Under the pieces are notes generated by a model that was given only the letters and a program-made list of their open reading frames with translations, was not told the origin of the DNA and ran no database searches. This document shows positions 1 through 9,223 of a DNA stretch of 64,000 nt, piece by piece. Source of the stretch: Minisyncoccota bacterium (lineage in GTDB: Bacteria; Patescibacteriota; Minisyncoccia; Phycocordibacterales; UBA9973); assembly GCA_041648595.1 (NCBI GenBank), contig JBAZOQ010000001.1, positions 82,242 through 146,241 on the forward strand, read 5' to 3'. The translations under genes were made by a program, and so were the position numbers. Each line of letters opens with the position of its first letter. The first letter of the stretch is position 1.

Positions 1-1
1 T

Positions 2-307
2 GCTTCTGGGCTTCCAACTCATGAATTTACTTTTCTTGGTTTTATTCCACATAAAAAAGGGAGAGAAACTTTATTTAAAGAGATAGCTCTCTCAAAGAGA
101 ACTATGGTATTTTATGAATCTCCACATCGTATTTTAAAAACATTGGAATCATTAAATAAATTTTGTCCAAATAAAAAAGTTTGCATAGCTCGTGAGATTA
201 CCAAAATTTATGAAGAATTTAAAACAGGTTCTTCATTAGAGCTCTTAGATTACCTAACAAAAAATCCTATTAAACAAAAAGGGGAGTTTACGGTATTGGT
301 TTCCTAA
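2..307 (+). CDS. rsmI: 16S rRNA (cytidine1402-2'-O)-methyltransferase RsmI, C-terminal part; 5' end lies outside the window
   Basis: The frame is open from the window start (ASGLPTHEFTFLGFIPHKKG...YESPHRILKTLE...REITKIYEEF...GEFTVLV), matching the C-terminal motifs of tetrapyrrole-methylase-family RsmI. The ORF track gives only the M-started 104..307 portion. Confidence 0.7.
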   Translation, partial: ASGLPTHEFTFLGFIPHKKGRETLFKEIALSKRTMVFYESPHRILKTLESLNKFCPNKKVCIAREITKIYEEFKTGSSLELLDYLTKNPIKQKGEFTVLVS

Positions 308-368
308 TTTTACAACAAATCTTTTGAATTTATAAAAATTTTGTAAAAAGATATGTTATAATTAAAGA

Positions 369-1349
369 GTGAAGAAATTAGAAAATAAAAATAAAATAGT
401 TATATATCAGGCTTCATCTGGAGCTATTGAACTTCGTGGAGATTTTGAAAAAGAAACAGTATGGGCAACACAAGCACAGATTGCTCAGCTTTTTGATGTT
501 ACCCCTCAAAATGTGACATTACACTTAAATAATATTTTTAAAGACAAAGAATTGGACATAAAAGCAACTTGTAAGGAATCCTTACAAGTTCAAACCGAAG
601 GAAACAGAAAGATTAAAAGAAATATTAAACTTTATAATTTAGATGCAATTATTGCTGTAGGTTATCGTATAAGTTCAGTAATGGGAACTAATTTTCGCAT
701 TTGGGCTACGAAAACTTTACGTGAACATATCATAAAAGGCTATACAATAAATCGTAAACAAATCGCAAAAAATTATAATGCTTTTATGCAAGCTGTAGCT
801 AATGTTCAAAATTTATTACCAGAGCATATTACACTTGATCCTAAAGCAGTTCTAGAACTTATTAAAGAATTTGCTAGCACATGGATGTCAATTGGTGCTT
901 ACGATAAAGAAACACTAAAAATTATTGGTTCTACTAAAAAAGCTATTAAATTTAGTGGTATAGAATTAACTAATGCTATTATTGATTTACGTTCTAAATT
1001 AATTAAAAATAAAGAAGCTACAGAAATTTTTGCACAAGAAAGAGAGAAAGGAAGCATAGAAGGAATAGTTGGAAATGTTATGCAAACTTTCGGAGGTAAA
1101 GCACTTTATAAAACTACAGAGGAAAAAGCAGCACACCTTTTATATTTTATGGTTAAGAATCATCCTTTTATAGATGGAAACAAGCGTTCTGGTGCATTTG
1201 CTTTTATTTGGTTTTTAAGAAAAACTAAAACAAAAGGATTTAGAAATATAAATCCAGCAACATTAACAACTCTTACACTTCTTATAGCTGAAAGTGATCC
1301 AAAAAAGAAAGATCAAATGGTTGCATTAGTTACTCAATTGTTGAAATAA
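369..1349 (+). CDS. RhuM-family virulence protein fused to a C-terminal Fic/Doc-like domain (HPFIDGNKR motif); GTG start
   Basis: The N-terminal region (IVIYQ...IELRGDFEKETVWATQAQIAQLFDVTPQNVTLHLNNIF...YNLDAIIAVGYRISS..GTNFRIWATKTLREHIIKGY) is typical of RhuM. The C-terminal HPFIDGNKRSGAFAFIWFL matches the Doc/Fic HxFx(D/N)GNKR motif. Confidence 0.75.
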   Translation: MKKLENKNKIVIYQASSGAIELRGDFEKETVWATQAQIAQLFDVTPQNVTLHLNNIFKDKELDIKATCKESLQVQTEGNRKIKRNIKLYNLDAIIAVGYRISSVMGTNFRIWATKTLREHIIKGYTINRKQIAKNYNAFMQAVANVQNLLPEHITLDPKAVLELIKEFASTWMSIGAYDKETLKIIGSTKKAIKFSGIELTNAIIDLRSKLIKNKEATEIFAQEREKGSIEGIVGNVMQTFGGKALYKTTEEKAAHLLYFMVKNHPFIDGNKRSGAFAFIWFLRKTKTKGFRNINPATLTTLTLLIAESDPKKKDQMVALVTQLLK

Positions 1350-1369
1350 ATATAAGGAGTAGTATTTTA

Positions 1370-1684
1370 CTACTCCTTATATGCAATTCTTCTTTCAAAA
1401 AAAATTTTTATAAAGAATTGCCCACCTTTTTTCTCTTTTACTTGTTCTTTTTTATAAATTCTTTGCAAGAAAAAATTACTTTTAACTAGTTTTGGATTAT
1501 CTAAAAAAAAGCATACTTTATCAGATATAATAAAATCTTCTTTTAAAATATCTTCTATTAAAACTTCTTTATATAGTTCCCCACATAATCCGACAACTTT
1601 TTTCTTTGCATCTTCTTCAGATGAAAAAGAAAAACTAATAATTTCTTTATTAAGAGAATTTATAAAATAGTATAAAAAATACAT
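1370..1684 (-). CDS. hypothetical small protein
   Basis: A 104-aa ORF between the RhuM gene and priA with no recognisable motif. It could be spurious in AT-rich DNA. Confidence 0.3.
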   Translation of the reverse strand: MYFLYYFINSLNKEIISFSFSSEEDAKKKVVGLCGELYKEVLIEDILKEDFIISDKVCFFLDNPKLVKSNFFLQRIYKKEQVKEKKGGQFFIKIFFERRIAYKE

Positions 1685-1750
1685 AAGAACACTCCTTCCT
1701 TTTTTCTTTTTAATATAGACTTTTTATTTTTTATGTCAAATAGTAGTTTT

Positions 1751-3775
1751 TTAGAGTAAATCCTCTGGATCTATAGAGATTTCGTAAGTAGGAGGTAGAG
1801 ATAATAACAAATTATATAAATTCTGATCTATTACTGAATTATTAGAAATTTCTGGTAATGACCATTTTTGGGGATTTAATCTTATTAATGCATTAGTTAC
1901 ATATTGATTTTTATTTTTACTTATAAATCCACTAAAAATTTCTGGTTCATATAATTTTAAAATTTCACTTAAATTTCTTTTTGCTTCTATGGAATCTTCT
2001 TTTTCTCCTAAAAATGTAATTTTTATAAAACGTTTGTATGGAGGATAATTTAGATTTTTTCTATCTTCTAATTCCTCACGTACATAAGAAAGTAAATTTT
2101 CTGATTTAAATGCAAGTAAAGTTTTGTCATTTTTATTTTTTGTTTGAATGATAAGTTTTTTTTCAGTTTTATCAAGAATAGAAAGTAAAAGCTGAATTAT
2201 TTTTTCACTCATTCTAAAACTTGGTATACTCCAAAGAGCATCAAATGAAGCTACAATAGATAAATCAACTTTTTCTTTTAAGTAATAAAAAGCCATTTCT
2301 GTGCCTATTAATATTTTACCAACATTCTCTCCGCCGGAGGCGGATCCGCCCTTGGCGGAAAAATCTTTTATTATTTTTTCTGCTCCAGATGCTGTTTTTG
2401 CTATTTCTTTATCTATTTTAAAGATTTTTGTTTTATTAAATTTATTTTTTATTTCTTCAAAAATTGTATCTGTTCCTATACCGAGTGGCATCAAGTTCCA
2501 GCTTCCACAATTTATACATTTTGTTTGTGGATCTTTTTCCGTATTGCACTTGTTGCAGATAAACATTCTTTTTTTACCATCCTTAGAAAGATAAAGTACA
2601 AGTGGAGCTAAACATTCTTCACAATTGACTGTTTCATTACAATCTTTACATACAGTATACGTTGCTAGGCCTTTTCTTAGTGAAAAGATGAAAACATTTT
2701 TTTTGTTATTTAAAGAATTTTCTATTTCCTCAATACTTATATCATTAAATATTTTAAACTTAGAGGCCTTGCCTCCGCTTGGAGGCAAGGCCTCTAAGTT
2801 TTCTTCTTTATTTGTATTTATTATCTTTGTTATTACTTGATTAAAATTAGTTCTAAAAGACAAAGGATATATTTCACTAAAATTATCAATTTCTTTTCTT
2901 GCTATTGTTTCAAAACGTAATAATGTATCACCTAATATAAATTTTGCATTAATTTTTGAAGCGAAAAGTTCCGCAAAAATTCGTAAATCAAAATGAGGTC
3001 GTGGAATCATCTTGTAAACATTTGAGCTTTCATGTTCAACTATTATTACACTTATGTCTATACGAGGTATAGACAAAAATGGTGCAGTCCCTAATATTAA
3101 TACGCCATGTTCTGAATTTATTATATTTTTATATTGTTCAATGACTTTTTTAGGTTTTAATCCTCCATGTATAGAAAAAGTAAAATTTTCAATACCCTTA
3201 GAAAGTGATTGATAATACATATTTATATCATGTTCTGTAGGTAATATAATAAAGACAGATTTTTTTAGAGCAAATTGTCCACGAATTAGAGTTTTATAAT
3301 AGGAAATACGATCCTCTAATTGTGCTTGGAATAATAATTTTTCAGTTTTTATATTATTAGAAATATCTGCTGTTTTTTCTTTTTGATTATTTTCGTTTAA
3401 AGAAAATTGATTACTAGAAGAAAATTCTAATATTTCATCATATTTTTCTCGGAATATTGACGGAATAAGAGACAATACTCCATTATTTTTTTTTGTCATA
3501 AAATAAGAACTTAAAAGAAAAGTAGATTCTAGATATTCATTTCTAAAAATTGAATGCTCTTTTACCTCAGTTATTTTTTTCAACTTAAAAGACATATTTT
3601 TGATTTTTGATTTTATATCTGTAACTTCTTGAGAAGAAACAACTAAACCTAGAATTTTTTTATTGCGAACAGGAACATAAACAATACTTCCATTTTTTAT
3701 ATCTTTTGACGTAAAATAACTTAAATCTGTTTTGAAAACTCCTTTTTCTAGTGGTATTATGGTCACAATTTTCAT
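1751..3775 (-). CDS. priA: primosomal protein N' (PriA helicase)
   Basis: It has helicase motifs and a Cys4 zinc-binding region (CKDCNETVNCEEC...CNKCNTEKDPQTKCINCGS) within 674 aa. It contains two in-frame GC-rich palindromic insertions (see findings). Confidence 0.8.
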   Translation of the reverse strand: MKIVTIIPLEKGVFKTDLSYFTSKDIKNGSIVYVPVRNKKILGLVVSSQEVTDIKSKIKNMSFKLKKITEVKEHSIFRNEYLESTFLLSSYFMTKKNNGVLSLIPSIFREKYDEILEFSSSNQFSLNENNQKEKTADISNNIKTEKLLFQAQLEDRISYYKTLIRGQFALKKSVFIILPTEHDINMYYQSLSKGIENFTFSIHGGLKPKKVIEQYKNIINSEHGVLILGTAPFLSIPRIDISVIIVEHESSNVYKMIPRPHFDLRIFAELFASKINAKFILGDTLLRFETIARKEIDNFSEIYPLSFRTNFNQVITKIINTNKEENLEALPPSGGKASKFKIFNDISIEEIENSLNNKKNVFIFSLRKGLATYTVCKDCNETVNCEECLAPLVLYLSKDGKKRMFICNKCNTEKDPQTKCINCGSWNLMPLGIGTDTIFEEIKNKFNKTKIFKIDKEIAKTASGAEKIIKDFSAKGGSASGGENVGKILIGTEMAFYYLKEKVDLSIVASFDALWSIPSFRMSEKIIQLLLSILDKTEKKLIIQTKNKNDKTLLAFKSENLLSYVREELEDRKNLNYPPYKRFIKITFLGEKEDSIEAKRNLSEILKLYEPEIFSGFISKNKNQYVTNALIRLNPQKWSLPEISNNSVIDQNLYNLLLSLPPTYEISIDPEDLL
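2329..2360. repeat. GC-rich double-hairpin element (family D copy 1), in-frame inside priA, encoding ...SAKGGSASGGEN...
   Basis: The sequence ccgccggaggcgg atccgcccttggcggaaaaa forms two adjacent hairpins. The 3' half (gatccgccYttggcggaaaa) is nearly identical to an intergenic copy at 42486..42518. Confidence 0.7.
2764..2795. repeat. Perfect 32-bp GC-rich palindrome in-frame inside priA (encodes LEALPPSGGKASKF)
   Basis: The sequence gaggccttgcctcc gctt ggaggcaaggcctc has 14-bp perfect arms in an otherwise ~25% GC gene. The frame is preserved on the priA strand, and the palindrome also creates the spurious antisense ORF 2625..2840. Confidence 0.75.
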
Positions 3776-3818
3776 GTTTCTATTCTAACATAACTTATGA
3801 TATATTTAATTAATGGGT

Positions 3819-3933
3819 CCCGTTAGAAGCCGCGGTCACGGTGTATAGCGGGAAACAAAGAAAATTATTTATTTAAGTTAATATTAGTAGGCGTAATTTA
3901 TGTAAAAATAGACCGCGACCTGCTTCTAACGGG
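3819..3933. mobile_element. MITE-like element copy A with 11-12 bp perfect terminal inverted repeats TCCCGTTAGAAG / CTTCTAACGGGA, flanked by the 5-bp direct repeat ATGGG (3813-3817 and 3934-3938)
   Basis: The structure is ATGGG t cccgttagaag ccgcggtc acggtgtatagcggga ... gaccgcgacctg cttctaacggg ATGGG. The right-hand ATG is the mreB start codon. The extended arms (ccgcggtc/gaccgcg) are also complementary. Confidence 0.6.
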
Positions 3934-4947
3934 ATGGGAATTTTTTCAAGAAAATTAGGCATAGACCTAGGCACAGCCAATACTTTGGTTTTTTTGCCTG
4001 GTAAGGGAATAGTATTAAATGAACCTTCAGTTGTAGCAGTTTCAGAACAAGACAATAAGATTCTAGCTATTGGTTTTGAGGCTAAAGATATGATAGGAAA
4101 AACACCAGATTCAATAATTACTTATTGTCCTATGAAAGATGGTGTTATTGCAGATTATAGAGTCACAGAAGCAATGCTTCATTATTTTATAAATAAAGCA
4201 TTGGGAAAATTTAATTTTTTTAAACCAGATGTGATGATTTCAGTACCAGCTGGTGTCACCTCAACAGAGAGAAGAGCTGTAGTAGAAGCAGCAATACGTG
4301 CTGGAGCTAGAAATGCTTATGTAGTTAAAGAGCCGATACTTGCAGCAATTGGTGCTGGTATTCCTATTTATGAATCAAAAGGACATATGGTGGTAGATAT
4401 CGGTGGAGGAACTACCGATGTTGCTGTTATTTCATTGGGAGGAATTGTTGCTTCTACTTCTGTTAAATGTGCTGGAAATAAAATTGATCAAGCTATAGCT
4501 GATTATATTAAAAAAACTTTTAATTTGGCTATAGGAGACAGAACAGCCGAAGAAGTAAAAATAAAAATTGGAGCAGCTGTTCCACTTGAAGAAGAACTTA
4601 GGGTTACAATAAAAGGAAGAGATTTTATTCAAGGGTTGCCAAGATCTGCTCAAGTGGGAACCAATGAAATAGTGAAAGCAATAGATGGAGAATTAAAACA
4701 GATAATAAAAGCTATAAAAGATGTATTACAAGAAACTCCACCAGAACTTGCTTCTGATATTATGGATTATGGAATTATTATGACAGGAGGGACGTCTCAG
4801 TTGCGTAATTTAACAGATTTAGTTTATAGAAAAACTGGAGTAAAAGCAACATTAGCCGATGAATCTATTTTTTGTGTAGTAAAAGGGACAGGCGTAGCAT
4901 TAGAGCATCTAGATGTATATAAAAAAACAGTTTTAAGTAAAAAATAG
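3934..4947 (+). CDS. mreB: rod shape-determining protein MreB (actin-like ATPase)
   Basis: The N-terminal sequence MGIFSRKLGIDLGTANTLVF..., an actin-fold phosphate-1 motif, and DIGGGTTD are present within 337 aa. Confidence 0.9.
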   Translation: MGIFSRKLGIDLGTANTLVFLPGKGIVLNEPSVVAVSEQDNKILAIGFEAKDMIGKTPDSIITYCPMKDGVIADYRVTEAMLHYFINKALGKFNFFKPDVMISVPAGVTSTERRAVVEAAIRAGARNAYVVKEPILAAIGAGIPIYESKGHMVVDIGGGTTDVAVISLGGIVASTSVKCAGNKIDQAIADYIKKTFNLAIGDRTAEEVKIKIGAAVPLEEELRVTIKGRDFIQGLPRSAQVGTNEIVKAIDGELKQIIKAIKDVLQETPPELASDIMDYGIIMTGGTSQLRNLTDLVYRKTGVKATLADESIFCVVKGTGVALEHLDVYKKTVLSKK

Positions 4948-4952
4948 AATTT

Positions 4953-5690
4953 ATGATTCTAGAACATTTAGATAAAAATAATTTACATCATGCATATTTG
5001 ATAGAAGGTAGAAAAGAGGATATTGTGCCAGATATTTTTGAATTTTTAAAAGATTTAAAAATAAATACATCCAACAATCCTGATTTTTATCATATGTCTT
5101 TTGATACATTTAAAATTGAGGATGCTCATAATTTAAAATCTATACAATATGAAAAAAGTTTTTCTTTGGGCAAAAAAATAATTTTGATTTCAGCTAATAA
5201 TTTTTTGTTAGAAGCACAAAATACTTTACTAAAAATTTTTGAAGAACCAATAGAAAATACGCATTTCTTTTTAATTGTGCCAAATAAAAATATTTTGTTA
5301 AAGACCTTACTCTCTAGATTTTATTTAATTCAAACTAAGTCAGACTTAGAAGAAGAATTGAAAGAAGCAGAAAAATTTATTTCAATGCCGTTGAGAAATA
5401 GATTAGACTATATTAAAGAATTTTTGATAGAAGAAGTCCCGACCGAAGTCGGGATCCCGACAGAGGTCGGGAAAGATATATTACAAGATTCTGTTCGTGC
5501 AAAAGCATTAAGGTTTCTCAATGCATTAGAAACTGTGCTTCACCACAGGGTAGCCCTGTGTAATTACACAGGGCTACCCTGTGGTGGTATTTTTGCTCAT
5601 ATTTTTAAAGTCCGTGAATTTATCAATCAACCTGGTTCATCAATAAAAAGCTTGATGGAATCTTTAGCACTAAAAATACCAAGTTTTTAA
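4953..5690 (+). CDS. holB: DNA polymerase III delta-prime-like subunit (HolB-like, degenerate, no P-loop)
   Basis: HHAYLIEG...NTLLKIFEEP...HFFLIV resembles the clamp-loader delta' fold, and a bona fide dnaX lies elsewhere in the window. It contains two in-frame GC-rich hairpin/palindrome insertions. Confidence 0.55.
   Translation: MILEHLDKNNLHHAYLIEGRKEDIVPDIFEFLKDLKINTSNNPDFYHMSFDTFKIEDAHNLKSIQYEKSFSLGKKIILISANNFLLEAQNTLLKIFEEPIENTHFFLIVPNKNILLKTLLSRFYLIQTKSDLEEELKEAEKFISMPLRNRLDYIKEFLIEEVPTEVGIPTEVGKDILQDSVRAKALRFLNALETVLHHRVALCNYTGLPCGGIFAHIFKVREFINQPGSSIKSLMESLALKIPSF
5436..5472. repeat. Two adjacent small GC hairpins in-frame in the holB-like gene (encode EVPTEVGIPTEVGK)
   Basis: The sequences cccgac cgaa gtcggg and tcccgac aga ggtcggga form a tandem peptide repeat PTEVG-IPTEVG. 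Confidence 0.6.
5541..5587. repeat. Perfect ~46-bp GC-rich palindrome in-frame in the holB-like gene (encodes HHRVALCNYTGLPCGG)
   Basis: The sequence caccacagggtagccctgtgtaat tacacagggctaccctgtggtg has ~23-bp perfect arms. Confidence 0.75.
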
Positions 5691-5721
5691 TTTTAATCAT
5701 AAAATGTTATGATATATAAAT

Positions 5722-6273
5722 ATGCAATATAATTTTTCAAATTTTAAGACAGAAATAAATAAAATAGCAGAATATTTAGGAAAAGAATATACTCAGCTTA
5801 ATATTGGCCGAGCATCACCTATGATACTCGATAGTGTGTCTGTAGAATCATATGGTTCACGTGTTCCATTGAAAAATATTGCTTCTGTTTCTATTGAAGA
5901 TCCGAAAACTTTACGTATTATAGCTTGGGATAAAAACCAAATTAAAGAAATTGAAAAAGCTATAGTATCCTCAAATTTAGGATTATCAGTTGCTGTAGAT
6001 GGTGGAGGCATTAGAGTTATTTTTCCACAATTGACTACTGATACAAGGCAAACACTTGTAAAAGTATTAAAAGAAAAATTAGAAGAAAGTAGAATAACAG
6101 TACGTAAAGAACGTGAAAGAATTTGGGATGAAGTTCAAAAATTAGAGAAAGAAGGGAAGATGACTGAAGATGAAAAATTTAGAGCAAAAGAAGATTTGCA
6201 AAAAGTAATAGATGAAATAAATCAAAAATTGGAAGATATTTTTGAAAAAAAAGAAAAAGAGGTATTGGGGTAG
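5722..6273 (+). CDS. frr: ribosome recycling factor
   Basis: The 183-aa protein starts MQYNF...IGRASPMILDSVSVESYGSRVPLKNIASVSIEDPKTLRI... and has a C-terminal charged coiled arm. Confidence 0.85.
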   Translation: MQYNFSNFKTEINKIAEYLGKEYTQLNIGRASPMILDSVSVESYGSRVPLKNIASVSIEDPKTLRIIAWDKNQIKEIEKAIVSSNLGLSVAVDGGGIRVIFPQLTTDTRQTLVKVLKEKLEESRITVRKERERIWDEVQKLEKEGKMTEDEKFRAKEDLQKVIDEINQKLEDIFEKKEKEVLG

Positions 6274-6315
6274 AACAGCTTATAGGTGTTAGCTTTTAGC
6301 TTATAGAGAAATACA

Positions 6316-7452
6316 ATGAACATACTTATATTTATAATCATTCTTCTTGTCCTCGTCCTAGTTCATGAATTTGGACATTTTTTTACTGCAAAAAGATTTG
6401 GTATTAGAGTGGATGAATTTGGTTTTGGTTTTCCTCCTAAGTTATTTAGTTGGAAATATGGTGAAACAGAGTATAGCATCAATCTTTTACCAATCGGAGG
6501 ATTCGTAAAAATTTTTGGTGAAGATATGGATGAAGCAGATCTGTTGGAGGTTGGATTTTTAGATAAAAAAGAAACTGTAGAAAAAATAGATTCAGCAAGG
6601 AGCTTGGTGAATAAACCAAAATATCAACAAGCGTTAGTTATGTTTGCTGGAATTTTTTCTAATTTTTTACTTGCCTGGCTTTTGTTTTCTGTTGGTTTTA
6701 TGTCTGGACTTCCTACTTCGGTTGGAAGTGAACCGAAAGGATATACAGTGAAAGATCCACATTTGGTTTTAGTTTCTGTTTTAGCTAATTCACCAGCTGA
6801 AATGGGTGGATTAAAATCAGGGGATAAAATAGTTTTAATTAAAAGTGGAAATGATTTAGTTCAAAATATCAATCCTGATATATTGAAATCTTTTATAGTT
6901 TCTCATGGTGATAAAGAAATTGAGTTTAGCTATATACGTGGAAAAGATGAAACAATAAGAATTACAAATATAACTCCTTCTATAAGTGCGACTAATCAAA
7001 ACCCCAGCATTGGTATAGCTATGGATGAAATAGGTATCGTTAAATTGCCTATTTTAAGTGCCCTTTGGGAAGGTTTAAAATTAGATTGGTCTGTCACTAA
7101 AAACACTGTTATAGGGCTTTATACGCTCATTAAGGAGGGTATAACAGGCAAAGGAAGCTTCTCTTCGGTCACTGGACCTGTCGGAATGGTGGGTATAGTC
7201 GGAGATGCATACCAATTTGGTTTTGTATATTTGCTATCTTTTGCAGCATTAATTTCAGTTAATTTAGCCATAATAAATCTTATTCCATTTCCAGCATTAG
7301 ATGGTGGACGACTTCTCTTTTTACTTATTGAAAAAATAAAAGGTTCTCGTTTAAATCCAAAATTTGCAAATGGTGCTAATATGGTAGGTTTTGCATTACT
7401 AATTATTCTAATGCTTTTTGTTACTTATCATGATGTAGTTAAATTATTTTAA
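6316..7452 (+). CDS. rseP: RIP zinc metalloprotease RseP (site-2 protease) with PDZ domain
   Basis: An HEFGHFF motif (HExxH) lies in the first TM helix, followed by a PDZ region and an LNLIPFPALDGGRLL C-terminal motif. Confidence 0.85.
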   Translation: MNILIFIIILLVLVLVHEFGHFFTAKRFGIRVDEFGFGFPPKLFSWKYGETEYSINLLPIGGFVKIFGEDMDEADLLEVGFLDKKETVEKIDSARSLVNKPKYQQALVMFAGIFSNFLLAWLLFSVGFMSGLPTSVGSEPKGYTVKDPHLVLVSVLANSPAEMGGLKSGDKIVLIKSGNDLVQNINPDILKSFIVSHGDKEIEFSYIRGKDETIRITNITPSISATNQNPSIGIAMDEIGIVKLPILSALWEGLKLDWSVTKNTVIGLYTLIKEGITGKGSFSSVTGPVGMVGIVGDAYQFGFVYLLSFAALISVNLAIINLIPFPALDGGRLLFLLIEKIKGSRLNPKFANGANMVGFALLIILMLFVTYHDVVKLF

Positions 7453-8424
7453 ATGTTAAAAAATAAATTAAAAATTGGAGTGCTTTTTGGTGGTAAGTCT
7501 GCAGAGCATGATGTATCTATTTCATCATCAAAAAATATAATTGATGCATTAGATAAAAATAAATATCAAATTTTTGTAATAAAAATAGAAAAAAATGGTG
7601 AATTTGATTTGAATTTTGTAAAAAAAATGGATCTTATTTTTCCTGTATTACATGGACCATACGGAGAAGATGGAAGTATGCAAGGATTGTTAAAAATTCT
7701 TGGGATACCTTTTGTTGGTCCAAGTGTGCTTGGCTCAGCTGTCGGAATGGATAAAGATGTGATGAAAAGGCTATTTAGAGATGCAAAAATTCCCATTGGT
7801 AAATTTATTACTGTTTGTGCTGGAGAAAAAATATCTTTTGAAAAAGTTAAAAAAGTTCTTGGTTTACCAATGTTTATAAAACCTGCAAATATGGGTTCTT
7901 CTGTGGGTATTAATAAAGTTAAAAATAAAAAAGAATTTGAAATTGCAGTAAATGATGCGTTTCTATATGATTCAAAAATTGTAATTGAAGAAAATATAAA
8001 TGGACAAGAAGTGGAATGTTCAGTATTAGGAAATGAGAATCCAATGGCTTCTATTGTTGGAGAAATAGTTCCTAAAAATGACTTTTATTCGTATAAAGCA
8101 AAATATATAGATGGAGATGGTGCGGTACTTTTAATACCAGCAAGACTTTCAAAAACAATATCTAAAAAAGTTCAAAATTTAGCAATTAAAGTATTTCAAA
8201 CATTAAATTGTGAAGGAATGGGTAGAGTAGATTTTTTTGTTAAAAAAAATGGGGAGGTGATAGTCAATGAAATTAATACAATTCCAGGATTTACAGCTAT
8301 TAGTATGTATCCCAAACTTTGGGAAGCGAGTGGAATACCTCTATCAAAACTTTTAGATAGATTAATCGAGCTCGCAATAGAGCGATTTGAAAGAGAATCT
8401 AAACTAAAGACTACGGTTAAATAA
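7453..8424 (+). CDS. ddl: D-alanine--D-alanine ligase
   Basis: The protein shows an ATP-grasp fold, an N-terminus IGVLFGGKSAEHDVSISS and the C-terminal motif EINTIPGFT. Confidence 0.9.
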   Translation: MLKNKLKIGVLFGGKSAEHDVSISSSKNIIDALDKNKYQIFVIKIEKNGEFDLNFVKKMDLIFPVLHGPYGEDGSMQGLLKILGIPFVGPSVLGSAVGMDKDVMKRLFRDAKIPIGKFITVCAGEKISFEKVKKVLGLPMFIKPANMGSSVGINKVKNKKEFEIAVNDAFLYDSKIVIEENINGQEVECSVLGNENPMASIVGEIVPKNDFYSYKAKYIDGDGAVLLIPARLSKTISKKVQNLAIKVFQTLNCEGMGRVDFFVKKNGEVIVNEINTIPGFTAISMYPKLWEASGIPLSKLLDRLIELAIERFERESKLKTTVK

Positions 8425-8429
8425 AAAAA
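8372..8429 (+). repeat. 58-bp direct repeat copy 1 (native 3' end of ddl including the stop); the identical copy 2 is at 9224..9281
   Basis: The sequence tcgcaatagagcgatttgaaagagaatctaaactaaagactacggttaaataaaaaaa occurs twice, 852 bp apart. The 794 bp in between carry one minus-strand ORF. Confidence 0.8.
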
Positions 8430-8460
8430 GACCTACGGCTTGGTAGCTTTTGGTCTTTTT
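8428..8460 (+). terminator. rho-independent terminator after ddl
   Basis: The sequence aagacc tacggcttggtagcttt tggtcttttt forms a hairpin followed by a T-run. Confidence 0.6.
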
Positions 8461-8471
8461 ATCTTTCTGAT

Positions 8472-9086
8472 TTATACAGTAAAAAATAAATATCCTGCAT
8501 TTTGATCACCACTATAAGGATTGTTATATGAACCAGTAGTAATAACCTTATTATAACTTGGGTCATATACAACAATTAAATCATCATCATCTTGGTCTAA
8601 TTTCTCTAAGGGGTCACTCATGATGAATATACGATCCATATTGTGAATATTCAAAAATTCTTTAGTAAATATCTTTGAAATTATATATGCAACATGGAAT
8701 GTAATCTGCGGTGGAATTAAATAACAATCAGCAGGAAATCCATCTCTAATTAAAACTGAAGGATATCTACAATAAGTTGCCCTGCCTTTGATAATTGCTA
8801 CTTTATCAAATATTTCTCTAATAGAGCTAGAGAAACTTTTTTTGAAAAATCCAGATAGAATTAATTTATTGATTTTATTCCCAATGTCGATGTTTCTTAA
8901 TTTTAGATCATTGACCATAGCTGTGATTGACATATCATCACCTAGTGTTGATTTAGTAAAATCAAGATGCTTACCTAACCTATAGGTATTAGGTAACAGT
9001 AATATATCTACAATGATAATATCATCAGCCTTAATTCTAAATTGACCAACTTCCATTGTAAATATTTCTGATATTTTATTTTCCAT
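8472..9086 (-). CDS. hypothetical protein (only ORF inside the segment bounded by the duplicated ddl 3' end)
   Basis: A 204-aa ORF with no recognisable motifs, located between the two 58-bp direct repeats. Confidence 0.45.
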   Translation of the reverse strand: MENKISEIFTMEVGQFRIKADDIIIVDILLLPNTYRLGKHLDFTKSTLGDDMSITAMVNDLKLRNIDIGNKINKLILSGFFKKSFSSSIREIFDKVAIIKGRATYCRYPSVLIRDGFPADCYLIPPQITFHVAYIISKIFTKEFLNIHNMDRIFIMSDPLEKLDQDDDDLIVVYDPSYNKVITTGSYNNPYSGDQNAGYLFFTV

Positions 9087-9223
9087 TTTGAGCCTCGTTA
9101 TTTATTCTTTGTTTGTTGAGTTATTTTTATCTCTAAAATAGGGGACAAAAATAACCCAACAAATATTTTTAAAGATCAAAAAACTATGTTTATAATACAG
9201 TTATTATAATAAAAAGTCAATAG

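Noticed and set aside
2301-2840. Track ORFs 2301..2594 and 2625..2840 (+) appear as genes.
   Set aside because: They are antisense to priA, and their only notable content is the mirror-image translation of the GC palindromes. The same applies to 16782..16970 inside topA, 22299..22541 and 49534..49794 over family C elements, and the other short antisense ORFs (4432..4653, 5793..6011, 7566..7796, 11036..11419, 12881..13237, 13366..13665, 18207..18767, 35071..35379, 41777..42091, 50185..50537, 53721..54200, 54637..55026, 61016..61404, 63609..63872).
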